This document shows positions 50,150-51,030 of a stretch of DNA of 51,030 nucleotides, piece after piece. Every line of letters begins with the position of its first letter. Within the stretch, counting starts at the first letter, position 1. Below the pieces are notes generated by a model that saw only the letters and a program-made list of their open reading frames with translations, was not told the DNA's origin and made no database searches. This DNA comes from an uncultured Gammaproteobacteria bacterium. Lineage in GTDB: Bacteria > Patescibacteriota > Patescibacteriia > Magasanikbacterales > UBA922. Where the stretch lies: contig CAZEYK010000001.1 of NCBI GenBank assembly GCA_964516055.1, positions 1 to 51,030 on the forward strand. Reading direction: 5' to 3'. The position numbers and the translations under genes were made by a program.

Positions 50150-51030
50150 ACATTCAAAATTTTTTTTACATTTATTAATTTATCAGCTAAAAAATCTGGA
50201 TTACATTTTTCAAGAAAAATTTTATCACGAACTCCATCACATACCAAAATTGATTTCATTTCCAATTTTCTGGCAACATCACAGTCATCATTGGTATCTC
50301 CAACCATCCAAAAACCTTTATATTCATCTTCTCTATACTCATCTATTATAATCTGTTCTTTAGAAAAGGATCCACTTATCAATATTTTAAAAAAATATTC
50401 TTCAATTTCTAATCTTTTGATTTCATCTAAGCATGCTTTTTTATCCTTTCTTTTTGTAACCAAAACAATATTAAATTTCTCTGACATTTTTTTTAACAAA
50501 TCCAAAGAACCATACTTTAACGTATCCTGTTTTAAATATTTTTTCAACTCTATACGTTTGGTCCTCTCTTCGAGATAATCATTAATACTATTTTTTGGTA
50601 TATTTGTTTTCAAAATTATTGTACTTTCAGATTCACCACTCCTTTTTAAAAGAAGATATTGTTCCTTATTAATAGGCTTAAAATTATAAATTTTAGATAA
50701 ATCCAAATGCAATTGATACCACCTATCACTTACATCAACCAACGTACCATCAAAATCAATATATATATTTGGCTTTCCAGCCATTTTTTGAATACCCCCT
50801 AAAAGAGAATATTTCTGTTTAAAACCAAAACACTTCTTAATTTTTTTATTATCAAAAACCAAACTACTATTATTCTTATTTTCTAACTCTAAAAACTTAA
50901 TATATGAAGAGGATTTAAAAACCTTAATAACTGTTTCAGCCAACTTCTTTATTGCAATACCTTGTCCACTAGAAACATTAAACATTCCTACTCTAAAATT
51001 AAATATAGCAGAAACAATAACATCAACAGC
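50146..51030 (-). CDS. Partial ORF: C-terminal end of an SDR epimerase/dehydratase fused in frame to a HAD-superfamily phosphatase domain (5' end beyond the window)
   Basis: The frame is open from the right edge (AVDVIVSAIFNFRVGMFNVSSGQGIAIKKLAETVIK..CFGFKQKYSLLGGIQK). It continues without a stop into MAGKPNIYIDFDGTLVD (HAD motif I), LVTKR and VGDTNDD. An internal ATG at 50784 could also start a stand-alone HAD protein. Confidence 0.6.
   Translation of the reverse strand, partial: AVDVIVSAIFNFRVGMFNVSSGQGIAIKKLAETVIKVFKSSSYIKFLELENKNNSSLVFDNKKIKKCFGFKQKYSLLGGIQKMAGKPNIYIDFDGTLVDVSDRWYQLHLDLSKIYNFKPINKEQYLLLKRSGESESTIILKTNIPKNSINDYLEERTKRIELKKYLKQDTLKYGSLDLLKKMSEKFNIVLVTKRKDKKACLDEIKRLEIEEYFFKILISGSFSKEQIIIDEYREDEYKGFWMVGDTNDDCDVARKLEMKSILVCDGVRDKIFLEKCNPDFLADKLINVKKILNV

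Noticed and set aside
27139-50578. Longer plus-strand ORFs within the minus-strand array (for example 27139-27627, 37947-38372 and 50054-50578).
   Set aside because: These are antisense to genes with clear family motifs. Their Ile/Asn/Phe/Lys/Ser-rich composition is typical of antisense frames in AT-rich DNA.

Overview
This is a 51-kb window of low-GC, tightly packed bacterial DNA. Hand counts on sampled 60-nt lines give about 37% GC in the flanks. The standard genetic code fits, and many genes are separated by 1-7 nt gaps or overlap by ATGA. No rRNA, tRNA, CRISPR array, integrase or transposase was recognised.

Left edge: a partial secreted S8 peptidase, a secreted repeat protein, a WbaP-like initiating phosphoglycosyl transferase, and a sugar-nucleotide epimerase/dehydrogenase trio.

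From 14638 to the right edge, 35 co-directional minus-strand ORFs (~36.4 kb) form one large glycan-biosynthesis locus. It contains:
- Three paralogous nonulosonic-acid (sialic/legionaminic-type) gene sets: 3 NeuB-like, 3 NeuC-like, and 3 CMP-sugar cytidylyltransferases.
- A self-contained sulfoquinovose cassette: CysD, a CysN::APS-reductase fusion, and SqdB.
- A tailoring block: oxidoreductase, methyltransferase, CN-hydrolase, class-III aminotransferase.
- An MsbA-like ABC exporter, several glycosyltransferase-like genes, and a small excisionase-type HTH with a triple direct-repeat operator.
- A putative cyclitol-phosphate or head-group module. It centres on a 929-aa nucleotidyltransferase / DHQ-synthase-like / APH-kinase fusion, with a Zn-ADH, a second nucleotidyltransferase and a CDP-alcohol phosphotransferase.

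The strongest anomaly is a 4.9-kb plus-strand island (about 9640-14568) of roughly 57-67% GC. It sits between the two minus-strand units and encodes a Hanks Ser/Thr kinase, a TPR/beta-sandwich membrane protein and a Cys-rich FGE-sulfatase-domain lipoprotein. Host-like AT-rich promoter and terminator signals frame it.

All functional calls come from motif recognition by eye. No database search was run.
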